Below are positions 40,401 to 53,800 of a DNA stretch of 64,000 bases, piece after piece (position 1 is the stretch's first letter; the number at the start of each line of letters is the position of its first letter). Below the pieces are notes generated by a model, which worked only from the letters and a program-made list of their open reading frames with translations, was not told the origin of the DNA and made no database searches. The position numbers and the translations under genes are program-made. The stretch covers positions 930,001 to 994,000 of the forward strand of contig JAQGDQ010000023.1 in the NCBI GenBank assembly GCA_030141605.1, written 5' to 3'. Source of the stretch: Tubiluchus corallicola. Its lineage: Eukaryota; Animalia; Priapulida.

Positions 40401-43400
40401 TTGTAATTTATATTGAAGGTATCATATTTATGATCCAATTTTCTTGTCTGCTCAGCAGTCAAACATTTTTCTTGACAAATAGTTCTTACTATAATTTTTT
40501 ATTTTATCGAAAAAGGAGAAACATCAAAGAACTTGTCTTTTACTATAAAGCTAATAATATTCAATTTTGTTCATGATTTTATTTTTTTTATTTTCCATTA
40601 TTAATAAGCAATTATTATCTTATATGAAGTCTACTTTGTACTAGAAATTTTGGTTTTGCTATTGCTTTATAAGTTCATATTATTTTTATAGGGAGTATTC
40701 AGTTCTACAATATCACCCGCTGGTTTAACGAGTCATTCTCCTGCTTCTGGCCCACAGTCACTGCAGCCACCTTCCATAGGGTAAAAATTTTGCCAATGTA
40801 ATAATTTATTCACATATCCGTAAATCTGTAATTAACTTTTTTCTGTTGAAATCCAAATGCAGTTCATACATGATTGATAAATGAAACATTTAGCTTACAA
40901 ATTGCTTTATTAATCTTGTTTTTGTTTCTTGGTAGCTATCTTAACCTTTTAAAGCCTTGCTGACATCAGTAGTAAATTTAGTAAAATTATTTTCCTTCAA
41001 CCCAAAACGTAAAAAATGCAGATTTAGCTGTTTATTTGAAGTGATTTGAATACCTGGTTTACTGAGTCATAGTATTTTTTCATTTTTTCCATTCTAGCAC
41101 TAGAAGTTTTTAAATCATTGGTGACATCACTAAAGAGTTTAATATTTTTCTTGACTCATAAACAGATTTGGCTATTTGTTTCTTTTGGTTAGTGAGCTGC
41201 TAAAATATATCATTTTTGTATTTTTGGTAGCCATCTTGAATACTAAATAGAAGCCTTGTATTTTTTCCTGTTTTAAAAGTGAGAGCATAAAATGAAGCTA
41301 GGAAGCTTGGTTTTATTAAAACCTAATGGAATGCAACGTGTTGTTGTTTTGTTGTTTCCTCAGTTGCATCCCCACTATTTAATAGTTAAGCACTAAAGAA
41401 AGTTCTCCAGTGAGAAATCTCCATATTTCTCAACATATTACTTCAGACACAAGTAATGTGTTGATATTTAATATCTTGTTGTCCTTTATTCTTCTTTAGC
41501 TTTATCCCTAGTTCTTTTCTTTTGTTTTCTTTTACTGTAGCTCCCACACTATACGGCGTATTGCTTACTGAGCTGAAAAGCACATTCTTTACCATTCTTT
41601 ACATTCTGGTCAGATTTATTGATGTAATAGGATAATTATGCAAGTACGGTAGTCACAAAAATGGTTCCTGACAAATGTAAAAATTGTTCCCTAACTGCCA
41701 CATGATTTGTAAAGATTAACATGTGTATTCGAGTTTAATTATATTTGCAATAGGGCTGTTTTAAGTGCTCTAAGTACCAGAAATATAATATTCTACTTCC
41801 AGATCACAAATGATTCCATCACCAAGCCCTAATATGGGCCCAACACCTTCGCCGGGCCCAGGCACTGCACTGTCACCTGCTGGTGGTATAGGACGACCTG
41901 TGCCTTCACCCAGTGCTGGAATGCTGAACACTCCACGTAAATATATCGTAGTTTGTACAATAAATGTTTGTGAAAGTCTGAGAAAGTAAAGCTTTTTTGT
42001 TGTATACTGCTTTCTTGCCCTAATGCTGAAAACTACGTTTCACTCTGATTGGAGGAACAATTTTTTTGCATTTCTAATTTATTTTGCCAATTGCAAATAA
42101 TTTGTTGCTGGTCTCAAAGTAAATAAATGTTACAACTGGATGATTTTTTTCAGATTAGAGGAAATTGTACTAGATTTAGTTAAAGGAAAAAGCAAGTTGA
42201 ATAATATTCTCTGTTATACATAATCAAGAGCTCATAGTCAGCAAAAGTATTGCTACTACTGTTATTTTATATTGTTAATGTTACTACGATTTGTATGTCC
42301 AGTATTTTTTGGAATGTTGAGAAGAACACTATTAGGAGAACAATTGGATTGGATGGGCTGAGTAGTCACAGCATATACTTATCAGTTAAAGTTAAGCATC
42401 GTTCAATTTCGTTAATAAATGGATTTAATATTGTCTCTTGCCAAGTTGCTATTGGGATTCCGCTTCTGGTTATTAGTTTTGTGCAGGGAGGATGTGCATA
42501 CATCTGACCACAGTGCAATAATTGATATATTAAGTTTCAGGAGCACAGAGTGCAAGTCCAGCTCCGCCTTCTGCTGAGGAACAGGCTTACTGGGACAAAC
42601 TTCAGCAGTTATCAAAGTATATTGAGCCACTACAAGAATTAATTGCACAGTCTGAGAAAGGAGATGGAAAAGGTAAGGTAAAAACAGACAAACTCGAAAT
42701 GCTTGAGAGAAAAACTCAGTTTTGGTTACTTACCTCCAGCAAGTAATCAAGTACATGGTTGGGAAAATGTTTAACTCGAGGTTTGCAACATCGCAATTGT
42801 ATATGTCTGTTTGATGTTGCTATGCCATGGCTTGTGGTACGTCAATTAAATTTTGTGAGGAAGTGAGTCGAATGGTGTTAGTTGAATGTTATTTGAAAAT
42901 CAACTGGGCATTTACTTTGACATATTGTGATCAATCACCATGCATATTAATGGGATAGAAGATTTTTTAAGACAGAAAGTAATTAAAATTTAATTATTAA
43001 GTCCTAAGACCTTCTTGTAGAAGCACCAACACCCCATGTTTCTAAGGGCACTCTGACACTTATCAGCATTTAACCACTTGTACCTCTTTTAAACCATGTA
43101 CTAACCTGCACAATCTCTATCCCTGACATATTTTACTTTGCTTTAGTGTACTAGCATCTTTTACCCTAACGTGTGCGCCAATAAGCAAAGTGAAGGGCTA
43201 TCGTCAACCATTCAGATTCTTATAGTTTTCTAGAGTTATTTAGAATTGAGGTAATAAGCTTTTCAATAAAAGTGTGTTACTGCCCTGTCTTGTTACTCCT
43301 TACTAATCAACCTTTTATTTAGTCAATTCAGTTATTACTTAGCATTTCTCTAAACAATATATTTACTGTTGATTAAGAATTTTAGTGGGTAACGTTACTA

Positions 43401-46400
43401 AAATGGAATGTAAATTTGAATTTAAGATGAAGAATCTGATTTTTATCTTTATTATTGACTGTATTAAATACTTTTTGCAGACGTTATACAATAAAATCTA
43501 GTGCAACTGAATTTTTTGCAGAAGGCAAACGTGACCAGAGCAAACTTAAGTCTTTACTGGGACTCTTAACTAATCCTAAACGTCGTACCCAGTTACATGT
43601 CTTAATTCAATGTGAACAAGTTTTAGAAAAAATGGACTTGTTAAGAGATCAGGTATATTCAGTTTTGCTTTTTAATGTTTTTACTCTAATAAAGCAGTTG
43701 TTTCTGTTAAGCAGTGTTCAGCATTCTGTGTAACGGGCTAAATGCTACTAATCAATTTTATAGTCATTGATATCAGCACTATGTGTCACTCTCCTCCATA
43801 ACTAAGCATTACTTTTTGCTGCTGACTTTGTAATTAAGAGTCTAGGGATGAGAAAAAGAAATTCCTTCACTTTTAATCTACAGGTTACAATATTTTAAGA
43901 TGCACAAACAATTTTAAAATAATTTTATTCAAGTAATACAAGTTTTCTAAGGTCGTGAAGCAGAAGTAAATTAAATTTCTGATATCTTCTGTGTAGCTAC
44001 CATTAAGAAATCTCAAGTAGTGCAATCTGCATGCTTGAATGCAGCTTGAGGTTTATGGTTTGGTTAATGAAACTAATAAAAAGTTGTGGGTTTTATGAAA
44101 TTGCCTGCTGTTAGAATTAAAATGAACAGAACTTGTAAATATATGAATTTGTGATGTGGTAATTAAAATAAATTAAAACAATTAACACAAAGGCTGTTAC
44201 AAATAAGTTTAGATTGTGAATTAGCATTACACTCGTTATTAATTTAACTAGCAATTAGTGGGTCAAACTTATGAGTATTGCATGCAGAGAGCCCTACTGT
44301 ATTAAATAGAGGACAATAGAGGAACATAGAATTTTATATATTAAACAACTGCTTGTTTTGACTGTTAATTGTCTTAAAAATGTTTAACAAAAATTACCAG
44401 AAAATGAAATATTTTGATACATTGTTAGGTTTATTTGATTTCATTTGGTTTCAAAACTTAATACTGTGTAAACAGTATATAGGAATGTAACAAAGTAGAA
44501 TGATGATTATTATGTTACCTGTAAATTTCATTTCTGTACAGCGAAACTGGGTTTCCAATTACTGGTAATATTACTAACCTGTTAGATTAAGTTTTTGAGC
44601 GAAAAATTGCAAAAGTAGTATGATAAGAATCGTACCTGGGTTAGGCAAATGCATAAACAACTAACTTACTATTATTACTTGTACGTGGTTCGCGAGCAAC
44701 ATATGCTGTGTTGGGAGTGCGTTGTACTGCACTTTATGCTATTAAGGTAGTCTAGGTCTTTTTCTAAACAAATAAATATTTTTTAGTTTTGATTAAGTGG
44801 GTACAAACACACTTTACTCTTTACGTTGATACATTTAATTTTTTATTTGTGTCTTGGGAAGTGTCAAACTGTATAAAAATTGCTAGTCTATTCAACAAAA
44901 AACACCTTATACAAATTTACAGAATGGTGTAAACATGTCACATTACTTGTTAGGCTTACGATCCAATTTTACTGATGTCGTAAATTTTCATCAATCTCCA
45001 AATGTTTTAGTGATGTTAAAAAATACATATTTCTTTATTAAAACAGGAAACAAAATTCTTGTTTTTTTACAGAGCCAGTCACAACAGCCAGTGCAACAGC
45101 AACAGTCCCAACAACAACAGCTGCTGCATCAACAGCAGCAGCAGCAACAACAACAGCAGCAAACAGCACAATTTCCAGTTCTAATGATAAAGCAGGATCG
45201 TCTGCAAGAACAGAACATGTTTCAGCCATTACTGGATGCCTTACATGCTCATTTAAATAAGCCAATATTGAACCATACATTACAGAGAACGTTTGGTCCA
45301 TCACTTGCTGCACTATGTGGACCACCTATAAGGTACATAAACATGCTTATTGGCTTTTTCATGATGATTCTGTAAAAATCTTAGAGATGAGCTAGTGCTC
45401 TCTGCCTCTGCAAATTGAAAACAAACTCTGTTATTAAAATAAATTGCTGAGGACATTATTGCTATTAATGTATTACACCCCCGAAACTGTTTTATCATCA
45501 CTTGCAAAGTGAAGTCTATCCAGGGCTCTATAAGCCCTACAAATACCATCGCAGGATGTATGCTGATCCCAAAATGGCTTGCTTCTGTACCCTCTGCTAT
45601 TTACACTCCTTGTAATTGCTAATCTTTCCAATGCATTTATCTAGAGCTCCCTCAACACATCCAACATGCCAGCTATTACTGACACAACAACAATTGGCTT
45701 TTCCGTATTTTTCCTAACTCAACTGTCAGATGAGGGTAAGTGACACTTTGGCACAAGACATTTGAACAGAATATCAGTAAAATTTACACCTAATTTTTCA
45801 TTTTTGTTAAATAAATTTTTTATGATTTACTATAATAACCAAATTGTCAAAATATTTTTTAACAGTCATGATTGCACCACAATTACACATATGCAGTAAT
45901 ATACGTTATAAGAATTAAAATCATTCATTTGGCTGCATTTTTTTAATTCGGTAGTTTTTGTGTGGCTTTTAAAATGAACGAAGTAGAAGAACACAGTGCA
46001 AGTTTACATTAGCACTTTATTTCAAAAGCATTTAATTTCCAAAAAAATCTAGTGCATCACAAGAATAGTAAATAACAGAAATGTGCATCACAAAAAATCT
46101 ATGCAACATTAAAATTTAGTGCGAGTACAACTAGTGCAGTAATTTAACTAGTATTATATCCAGTACTATATTCAATGTATGTTTGGTGTGCTATAGAAGA
46201 AACTGATATAGAATGTGTTGTTTAGTTCATTAGTTGCTTATAACTAGTTGTCAACTGAAAAAGGACTAGCTAGATTGGTCGAGTCACTTTGGATGTAACT
46301 TATGTCGGCATTGGCACCCCAATGTCTCATGCCCAAATGTCATGTCCCCACTAGACGAGTAGATTTTTTTAACCTTCTCTACTTATTTAGTTCAAATGTT

Positions 46401-49400
46401 TGCATTCCGTGAAATGCTGACCAATTAACAATACCTATCAATTACAGTTACATAATGATGTTGATGACGTATTTATTTATCTGTAAAAATTTCCACAACA
46501 TTATTAGTATGATGTTCACACCAAGATGAACTCATAGGTGTACCACATAAAACCCATTTGTCGTCGTCTTCATTTGCCACTGCCACTCAAACACACTTGT
46601 ATAACGACTCTCCAAGCATTTATTGTTTAGCAATCATTCATTTTAATGACAAATTTTTCATATACCTTTAACCCTTTCCCACTTTAAATAAAAATCTTAA
46701 TTTCATTTTATTGGATACTTGGCATTGTTATTTCCTGGGACAAGGCTGAAATTTGATAAACAGAATGTGAATCCTTGATTCTTTATTCAAACTGGGTTTT
46801 GGTCATTTAGTCAAAGTTACATTTAGTCAAGGTAGCTGCTTAGGTCAGACTTACCACCATCTTAGTAAAACATTGTTCACGTGGCCACTGTTTTTATGCC
46901 TATACTAAATTTCAGAGTGAAACTAATATTAACACTGTTCACATGATATTTTTAAACTTTTAATATCCACAAGATCAGCGCCTATGTTTTTAAAGCATAC
47001 TTTGTTTCAAGTAACTAATAGAGTTCACTTTGTATCCACAGGGCACCTTCACCACCTACCAAACGTCAGAGGACTTCATCTGATGAAGAGGAAGAGAATG
47101 ATGAAATACCAGATGTTTTGCAAGGTGAAGTTGCTCAACTGGATGAGAGATTCCGAGTAAATCTAGACAACCTGCATCATCCTCAATCGAGCACAGTGCA
47201 CCTAGTTTGTAAATTGCAGTGCTCGCAGTTACCAGCTGTCCCACCAATAGGCATTGTGGTGCCTGGCAATTATCCTGACTCTAGTCCTCAATGTGAGATC
47301 AGATCACAAGATTATGGTAATATCATATTTCTAATCATGATTCCTTTGAGTATTGTTCATACTTTATTAGACACAATATTGGCTATTAATTGCCATCATA
47401 TGGAGTGATATCAACATTGTCTTTGCTACTAATTGACAATTATCAGGAAATAATTATGTTTGATGTCACAGAAATAATTAGTAAAGTAATTAAGAGTATT
47501 ACAGAAGTTAAACAGTCCTTTCAATTGTCTTTATGTCAGTTTTCATTATTGTAACAATATATAGTTGTAATCACATTAGATTTAGAACTGAATTTGTTTT
47601 TCTATATTTCAGGCTCAACTCCATTTCTAAAAGCTGTGGGGAAATCCCTGCAGAAGCAGCTGGGTAAAATGCCACACAAGTATTCCATAACAGCGATACT
47701 CAATGCTTGGGTAAGCTACCTATCCACTGATAACAGCCATGTTCATTGCATGGTTAAGCTATCTATCCACTGGTAACAGCCATACTCATTGCATGGGTAA
47801 GCTATCTATCCACTGGTAACAGCCGTACTCATTGCATGGGTAAGCTATCTATCCACTGGTAACAGCCATACTCATTACATGGGTAAGCTATCTATCCACT
47901 GGTAACAGCCATACTCAGTGCGTAGGTAAGCTATTTATATACAGTCAAACCTCGCTATAATGGACTTTAAGGGAGCGCTCAAAAAGTCCATTATACCGAG
48001 GGGTACCATATCTGAAGCCAGACTACCCTACAATAGATACAATAGGATCATAGAAATCAACAGTAAAATGAAATAATGTTTATAATCGAACGTCAAACGG
48101 TTTTATTCAAATGCCATATTTGATACAAGGCTGAATCTATAATTTTGTTAGAGGAATTAGTCAGCTACTGTCCAAAAAAATCTGTGATTTTTGCCTGTTT
48201 TTTCGTGCCAGCATCACTCGCAATCTTCGTGGTAATGTTCTGTTCTCGCTCAGCGATCAGATCGAGTCTGTCAATTCCTTTATTTAGACAGAAGTCTCGC
48301 ACATATCTGAGGTGCTCCATCGCTTCACTCCCTGAACAGGTTTGAGTTACAGTAACGTCACTTTCAGTCTCTGGCTGGTGCTGCTCACCGCCATCATTCA
48401 CGTCTGTAACGTACTGTATGATCTCTCTCTCTCTCGGTCAAGTCACTCTCGTCTGTAGCCAGCTCCGAATCACAACTCACATGCTTCTCGAACGTTGTTT
48501 CCGATAAGTTTAGTTCAATGGCGATGAAGTCCCAAACGTTTCTTTCTTGTATAGACATCTCTGCGGTATCGTCAGTGACGGTTGCCACCGGTTCAGCATT
48601 ATTGTCGATCGGGAAATTGAAGCCCGCTTTGCGAAAGCAGTTGGCAATAGAGGAAACGGACACGTCTTTCCAGCACTTTCCTATGTACGTTGCTGCATCT
48701 CTAAGATCAATTTTCGTTTGCTTGCCAGCTTCGATATCGGCTATCATTCTCCGCAATATCGCTGTTCGATACTTCCTCTTACAATTCTCGATGATTCCTT
48801 GATCAAATGCCAAATTTTTATTCCCAAAAAGTGCCAAATGGGCCAACTTGCCGTGATGAACCTTCCCGGAAAGCTGAAGCTGACCTGGATATTCCCGGAA
48901 AGTCTACGCTCCGAAACGAGCAACACAGCACCTATAGTGTACCAGCATAAACTGCGATCACATGTGGATCCATTATACATGGGTCCATTATAGCGGGGAA
49001 GAAAATGCACTAGGGAGCAGAAAATAAGTCCATTATAGCGAAAAGTCAATTATACTGAAGTCAGATAAGAATTTTTGACGATGGTGTGTCTTTGTGTTCT
49101 GTTTGTATTCAGATACATTATGATGGTACTTGTCTTTCACAGATATTTAGTATAATTTTAAGTGAAAATTACAGTGGGTATCAATGTCCTCTATACGGAA
49201 TGCACATTTTTAGGGTAGTCTCCGTGTATGTTCACTTTAAACCCGTACCACATAACTGTGGTTCACGTATGTGTCTTCGAGTACATTTGTACGTGAATTT
49301 ACATTTTTATGTAAAGTTTTAAACCCATACGCAACATAACTCAGACCCGTTTGAAGTTTTCCCTACCAAAAATAACATTCGAGTTTTGCCTTCGAATATT

Positions 49401-50096
49401 ATACTAGGCCTATACGTCGAATTCTAACTCACTAACCAGATGTTCTTTATGTCGGCACCTGCCTTTTCACAAAAATTTAATGTCACTTTAAGTGTTAGTG
49501 CAGAAAATACATCTTTGCATAAATTCCAAGGATCTCAAAATATGTAAATCTCACTTGGCAGCCTCCAGGGATGCCGTCTACTGAAGCCACTCTAGTTTAA
49601 ATTGATTTTAGTAATAGAGTTACATTTCTGCCATTGGCAGGCTTTACCAATGGTCATGTGAAGCATCTTAGACTCATAACTGTTAAAATTTAACAACACA
49701 GCTCGACAGATTGCACTTAGGTTTGCAATGGGCACAACAAAAAAAATAATGCCATATCAAAAAGAATGTGCATCATTATCTGCTTAATGCTCAAGTTAAG
49801 CTATATTAATGCAGCATAAACAGTTATAAATTATGTTAGCTTTTTATATAATTAAGAAATTGTGATTTTTGTAAAAAGGTGGGTCATTACCATTTTTAGC
49901 GATTCGGACCAGCAGATAAATAAAATTCGGGAACTTGAGTGTGGATCATGTTATAAAGTTGTATTAGTGGTATGATTTTATACGTACAAAAACATTTTGG
50001 CCCTTTCAAGTCTTTACCATGTTCTTTTATGTTTGTTTTCAGGAGATGAGCATTAGACAGGCCTGCAAACCTGCTCGACTAGATGTATCTGCGTAA
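31487..50096 (+). CDS. MED15: Mediator of RNA polymerase II transcription subunit 15, ~743 aa
   Basis: Exons 31487-31599, 34438-34525, 35381-35435, 37389-37588, 38527-38887, 39347-39474, 40228-40341, 40692-40780, 41803-41936, 42541-42672, 43522-43652, 45073-45332, 47042-47316, 47613-47710, 50043-50096, all GT-AG and phase-consistent (2232 nt). KIX domain WRTQELRQK..IEEAL..EMETHVFNKAQTKEEYLQFIARLIIHFRE; DPMSALHTLA; Q/P-rich middle; EEQAYWDKLQQLSKYIEPL; LNHTLQRTFGP; IPDVLQGEVAQLDERFRV; SITAILNAWEMSIRQAC. Confidence 0.96.
32610..33010 (+). mobile_element. Degraded 3' end of a LINE ORF2 in MED15 intron 1
   Basis: Fragments NLWNRLPDEF and a C-x2-C...TPAHFLLKC zinc-knuckle-like segment typical of LINE ORF2 C-termini. 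Confidence 0.55.
33720..34310 (-). mobile_element. 3' fragment of a CR1-group LINE in MED15 intron 1
   Basis: ORF 33918-34217: LRRIVCDLKMIYKI...HGHSFKL...FSFANRVVNIWNAL...SLSVFTKRL, the standard CR1-like ORF2 C-terminus. Confidence 0.85.
35860..36880. repeat. Old, diverged tandemly repetitive element (~140-bp subunits) in MED15 intron 3
   Basis: Recurrent blocks ATACTAGAA..TCTGCAT..ACAGAGT..TTTT..TGAATTCAAGATGGC..GATAACAT..TTTGGAAAAAA near 36061, 36200, 36335, 36575 and 36715. Confidence 0.55.
47709..47935 (+). repeat. 43-bp tandem repeat (five copies plus partial) beginning at the MED15 exon 14 splice donor
   Basis: Unit GGGTAAGCTATCTATCCACTGGTAACAGCCATACTCATTGCAT starts at 47709, 47752, 47795, 47838, 47881, with a partial copy at 47924. 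Confidence 0.95.
47942..49060 (-). mobile_element. Internally deleted pogo/Tigger (Tc1-mariner superfamily) DNA transposon
   Basis: TA followed by the TIR CAGTCAAACCTCGCTATAATGGAC. DDE_1 remnant AFDQGIIENCKRKYR...IGKCWKDVSVSSIANCFRKAGF, frameshifted into an acidic tail ending KQAKITDFFGQ. Subterminal GTCCATTATAGCG repeats at ~48980-49040; the right TIR is incomplete. Confidence 0.88.
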
Positions 50097-50853
50097 CGCT
50101 CATCAGAATTTGTTTTGGTATCTTGTTCGACTGGTTCTACATGCTTGATGGATTTTTTTTTGTTACTTTTAATTACACAATAAGCTAAAAAGTAATAAGT
50201 AAAACCTGAACTGTGCAACTTATTGTAACAATGTAAAAGATAAAAGATTTGAAGTTAATTATCAAGTGGCAGTGTGGCTGTGACAGTGGCAGTATGTTTG
50301 GAAGATAAACATTTTTTACTTTAAGGTGCAGAAAGAAGCAGCTCTGTGAAAGCTGCTAGATGACAATATTGTGATACAACTTGATACACTACTTGCATAA
50401 CAGTAGGTAGAAAATGGGTCTTGTATCATGCTGTCAGTTAGCATCATAGAAGGACTAGTCTGAAGCTCGTGCCTTCTAATAAGCATGCATCTAAAACTTT
50501 CAGTAATACATTTTAAGGATCATGCATTTTGTATCAAAGTGTTGTAGAAACTTCCGCGATTAGTAATAAAGAAATTTTATTCTATTTTGTTCTAAATTGA
50601 CGTAACTATTATGGATAGTCACTATGTGTAATACAAAACTCAATTCTTTACTGTGTAACATAACAATTTTAATGAATACATTTATTACATTCGTATAACA
50701 AAAAATATTCATAACACTCGTGTAACTAAAAAATATTTATAACATTATAACACAGTAGCATTAAGAAATCTTTAGCATTTAGACTTGCTGTTTTTGTCAT
50801 TTTTGACAAGTCATATGTTTCTTTCTGCAATACTGCACAATTTGAGCAAACAG

Positions 50854-53800
50854 TCATCGAAATTCGATTGCATCTTTCAATTTAGGCAGTTCATGTGGTG
50901 AGAGTTTTCTATGAGAAGGCACTGTGCAAACTTCACCATACCTAAAGCATGCACAGTCACTGTCATCGGCCATATCTAGTGTTACCACATGTTCTAAAGA
51001 TGCATTCACTTGGCACTGTTTCTTAGGCACTTCTCTCTTTCTTGGACTTGATGTTTTCTTCTGATCTTTTTGATGGCATTTATTTTTAACTGTTGTTGAT
51101 TTTTTTGTAGAAGGTATTTTGAGTGGTTTCATTGCATTAGATTTTATATTTATTGGAACTACTACTGTGTGTTTGACTGGAGTCAATCTTTTTTTGTGCA
51201 ATTTCTTCAACGCGCTTGCAGTCTTAGAACCTAAAATAAGTACACAGCTTTCTGACATAACTTTAATCTGTCGTTAATATTCATTCACACATAAGCAGTT
51301 ACGTTTCTCTTGAGAATTATTTTTTTAAAAAAGGTACCGTACCTTCTTTTGATGGCGGGGGTGACGGTGAATGCACAGAACTTCCAGAAATTGGGGAAGT
51401 AGATGTATCTGGTGAGTTTACGCAGGATGAATCCCAACTTGCCCTGACTACAGATGCAGTTTCTGTGTCCTGCGACCTAATCGTATCAAAATTATGGCAA
51501 TTAGTTTGAATTTTTTAGTAAAATATCCAGTATAAAATTTCTTTGAAAAATGATCCCAACACCGACAACTCAAAGCTCATCAAAACTAAAAAAATAAAGC
51601 AAATGCTTCAAATTTCAGATTTTGGCTGAGTATAATTATTAATACTTACTTAACTTCATCTTGTCCATTACTATCAGAAAACTGACCCCCAAAACTAGAC
51701 TGGTGAAGGAATTTTTGACTTGTTTCAGTTTCACCAGTAGCATCTGATGTATCTGCAGCGAAAGAAGCCTGCCAACACTTATTACGTGTCCGAAGTAAGC
51801 TGCCACTTACTACTGCACCACCTTTAGTAAGCTCACTGTAGTCATTACTGTCAGGTGCAAGGTGCGCATGTCTACTGTAAAAACCTATGATAACAAAGGT
51901 ATTTTGCATTAACCAAGTGCACTAGCAGTAATAACCGATTTAAGGAACAAACAGTTACAGTCATGTTTTAGGAATGCACTGCACAATATATCCTAAGTGT
52001 GTATTAGCAAACATTTCAGCATTATAACTAAAAGGAGAGATTAAGTGAGAAATATTGGCAGTGTTTTGAAAATTTTAATCTATGTTTACTTACCACAAGT
52101 AGCTAATGCGCTCTGTGGTCTTGCTAAGATGGCTGACACTGCACTGGAGGTAGATCGAGACAGCTCTGTGTCACTTTTACTAATGGCAGGTGACAATCCG
52201 TGAGCACTTGTTGGTCCTACGCAAAATTGAAAAAATCCGTAATGAAAACATTTTCAAGTTGGATTTGGTCTGTATGTTAACATTTATACTTAATTAAATG
52301 AATGCTGTAAAACTAACCTCAGCTAACGACATGTTCATTTTTTGTACAGAGTAGTTTTTTGTATCAGAGTGTAGTGGCAGCAAGGAGTTGAACCATTTTT
52401 GAGGATGAACGCTGCTCATCTTCGTATACAGTAGTCGCCACTTAATAGACTCACTTTAGGACCGACGTGTTTGATCCCATTAACCGACTGAACATATTAA
52501 CAGATGGGTGTAGTATTACAGGCATAGAAGTGTGAGTCATCAGTTTACTATGCACTGCAAAGGTTTTTAATGAATTTTAGAAATTAAGTAATGCCTAAAT
52601 TCCTTTGTGCAGTTCAAAATTAGAAAAAAATTAAAATATTAATTCATCTAAGTGAATTAGCAATAAATTAAAAGGTATACTTTCCTAAATCACAGACTTT
52701 TCTAAGTCTGTTTATTTGCAAAAATTCCTTCAAAGACGGCTGCTTCATTTTCTCGCGAAGAAGTTGGCCCACATTGAAAATCCGTTGTTGTGCGTGACTA
52801 AAGCAGTTCTGAATCGTCTGCTCACTTACATTGCTCTTATTTGCTGTACCATGTTTACTCTTGTAAGTCACAAGGAATACTGGTTGATTACTGTACCTGC
52901 ATCTTTGACTATTAACCATGTTCTAAAATCTATTCATTAACCATGAAAGCGTGATTTGCACCTAGAGCATCAAAAGGAAACCGCTAGGCAATTGATTAAA
53001 TGTTCAGCTTCCAGAAATTCTTTGGGTAACGAGGTTAATTGCAATGGGTGAGCGGGTAACAGATTCAAAGCAAAACCACTACGCTAGCGCATGATAAACA
53101 TACCCGTTTACAAACAGAACGGTACTTAACATGATTGTTTCTACATATATAATGCACAAAAGGGAAGTAAAGATGTTATAAAAGTAGGAAAGGCTGTTTG
53201 GGCCCATACAAATGTCTTATTTTAAGTACGTAAAGGAAGAATATTGAGTCAATTAAGGGAATTTATTTGAGTTAATTACTGATAGTTTTTATATATATCT
53301 GAATAGAAGCGGTCCGTTCCAGGAGTTGAGTCAATTAAGCGATTGAATCTATTAACCGTGAGTCTACTAAGCAGCGACTACTGTAATACTTTTCTACATG
53401 AGTTACACATGATTTCTGCGGATTTTTAAAGCAGAGTTGAAGATGTGGGCCACTACAAAATTGTATTGTCTTGAACATACAGTAATTCATCGTTTAATGA
53501 AACTAATGTGTCCTAAGAAAACACATAGCTAAGTAAATTGCCCATCTTTTCTCCTGTTGTATTTCTTCTGCTCATTTTAGATAATTTTTCACTCTGTAGC
53601 TGTTTTCATTTTTGTAAATAGCCTTTACTGTTGACTGAGTTAAGAAAACTGCTTGTCTGCTACTCTCCTTTTCCAGCACCAGACCACCTTGGTTATTATT
53701 CAGTTTCAGTTCCTCTACAGCAGTGGTTCCCAACCTTTTCCTTGCCAAGTACCCCTTCTAAATGTGGCGATCTTCAGCGTACCCCCACCTGATATTTTTC

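Noticed and set aside
47709-47935. CRISPR-like regularly spaced repeats
   Set aside because: Units are head-to-tail with no unique spacers, there are no cas genes, and the context is a eukaryotic intron.
52318-52555. Possible extra LRRC56 exon
   Set aside because: Contains in-frame stops, overlaps the pogo-like element, and the flanking exons already join in phase without it.
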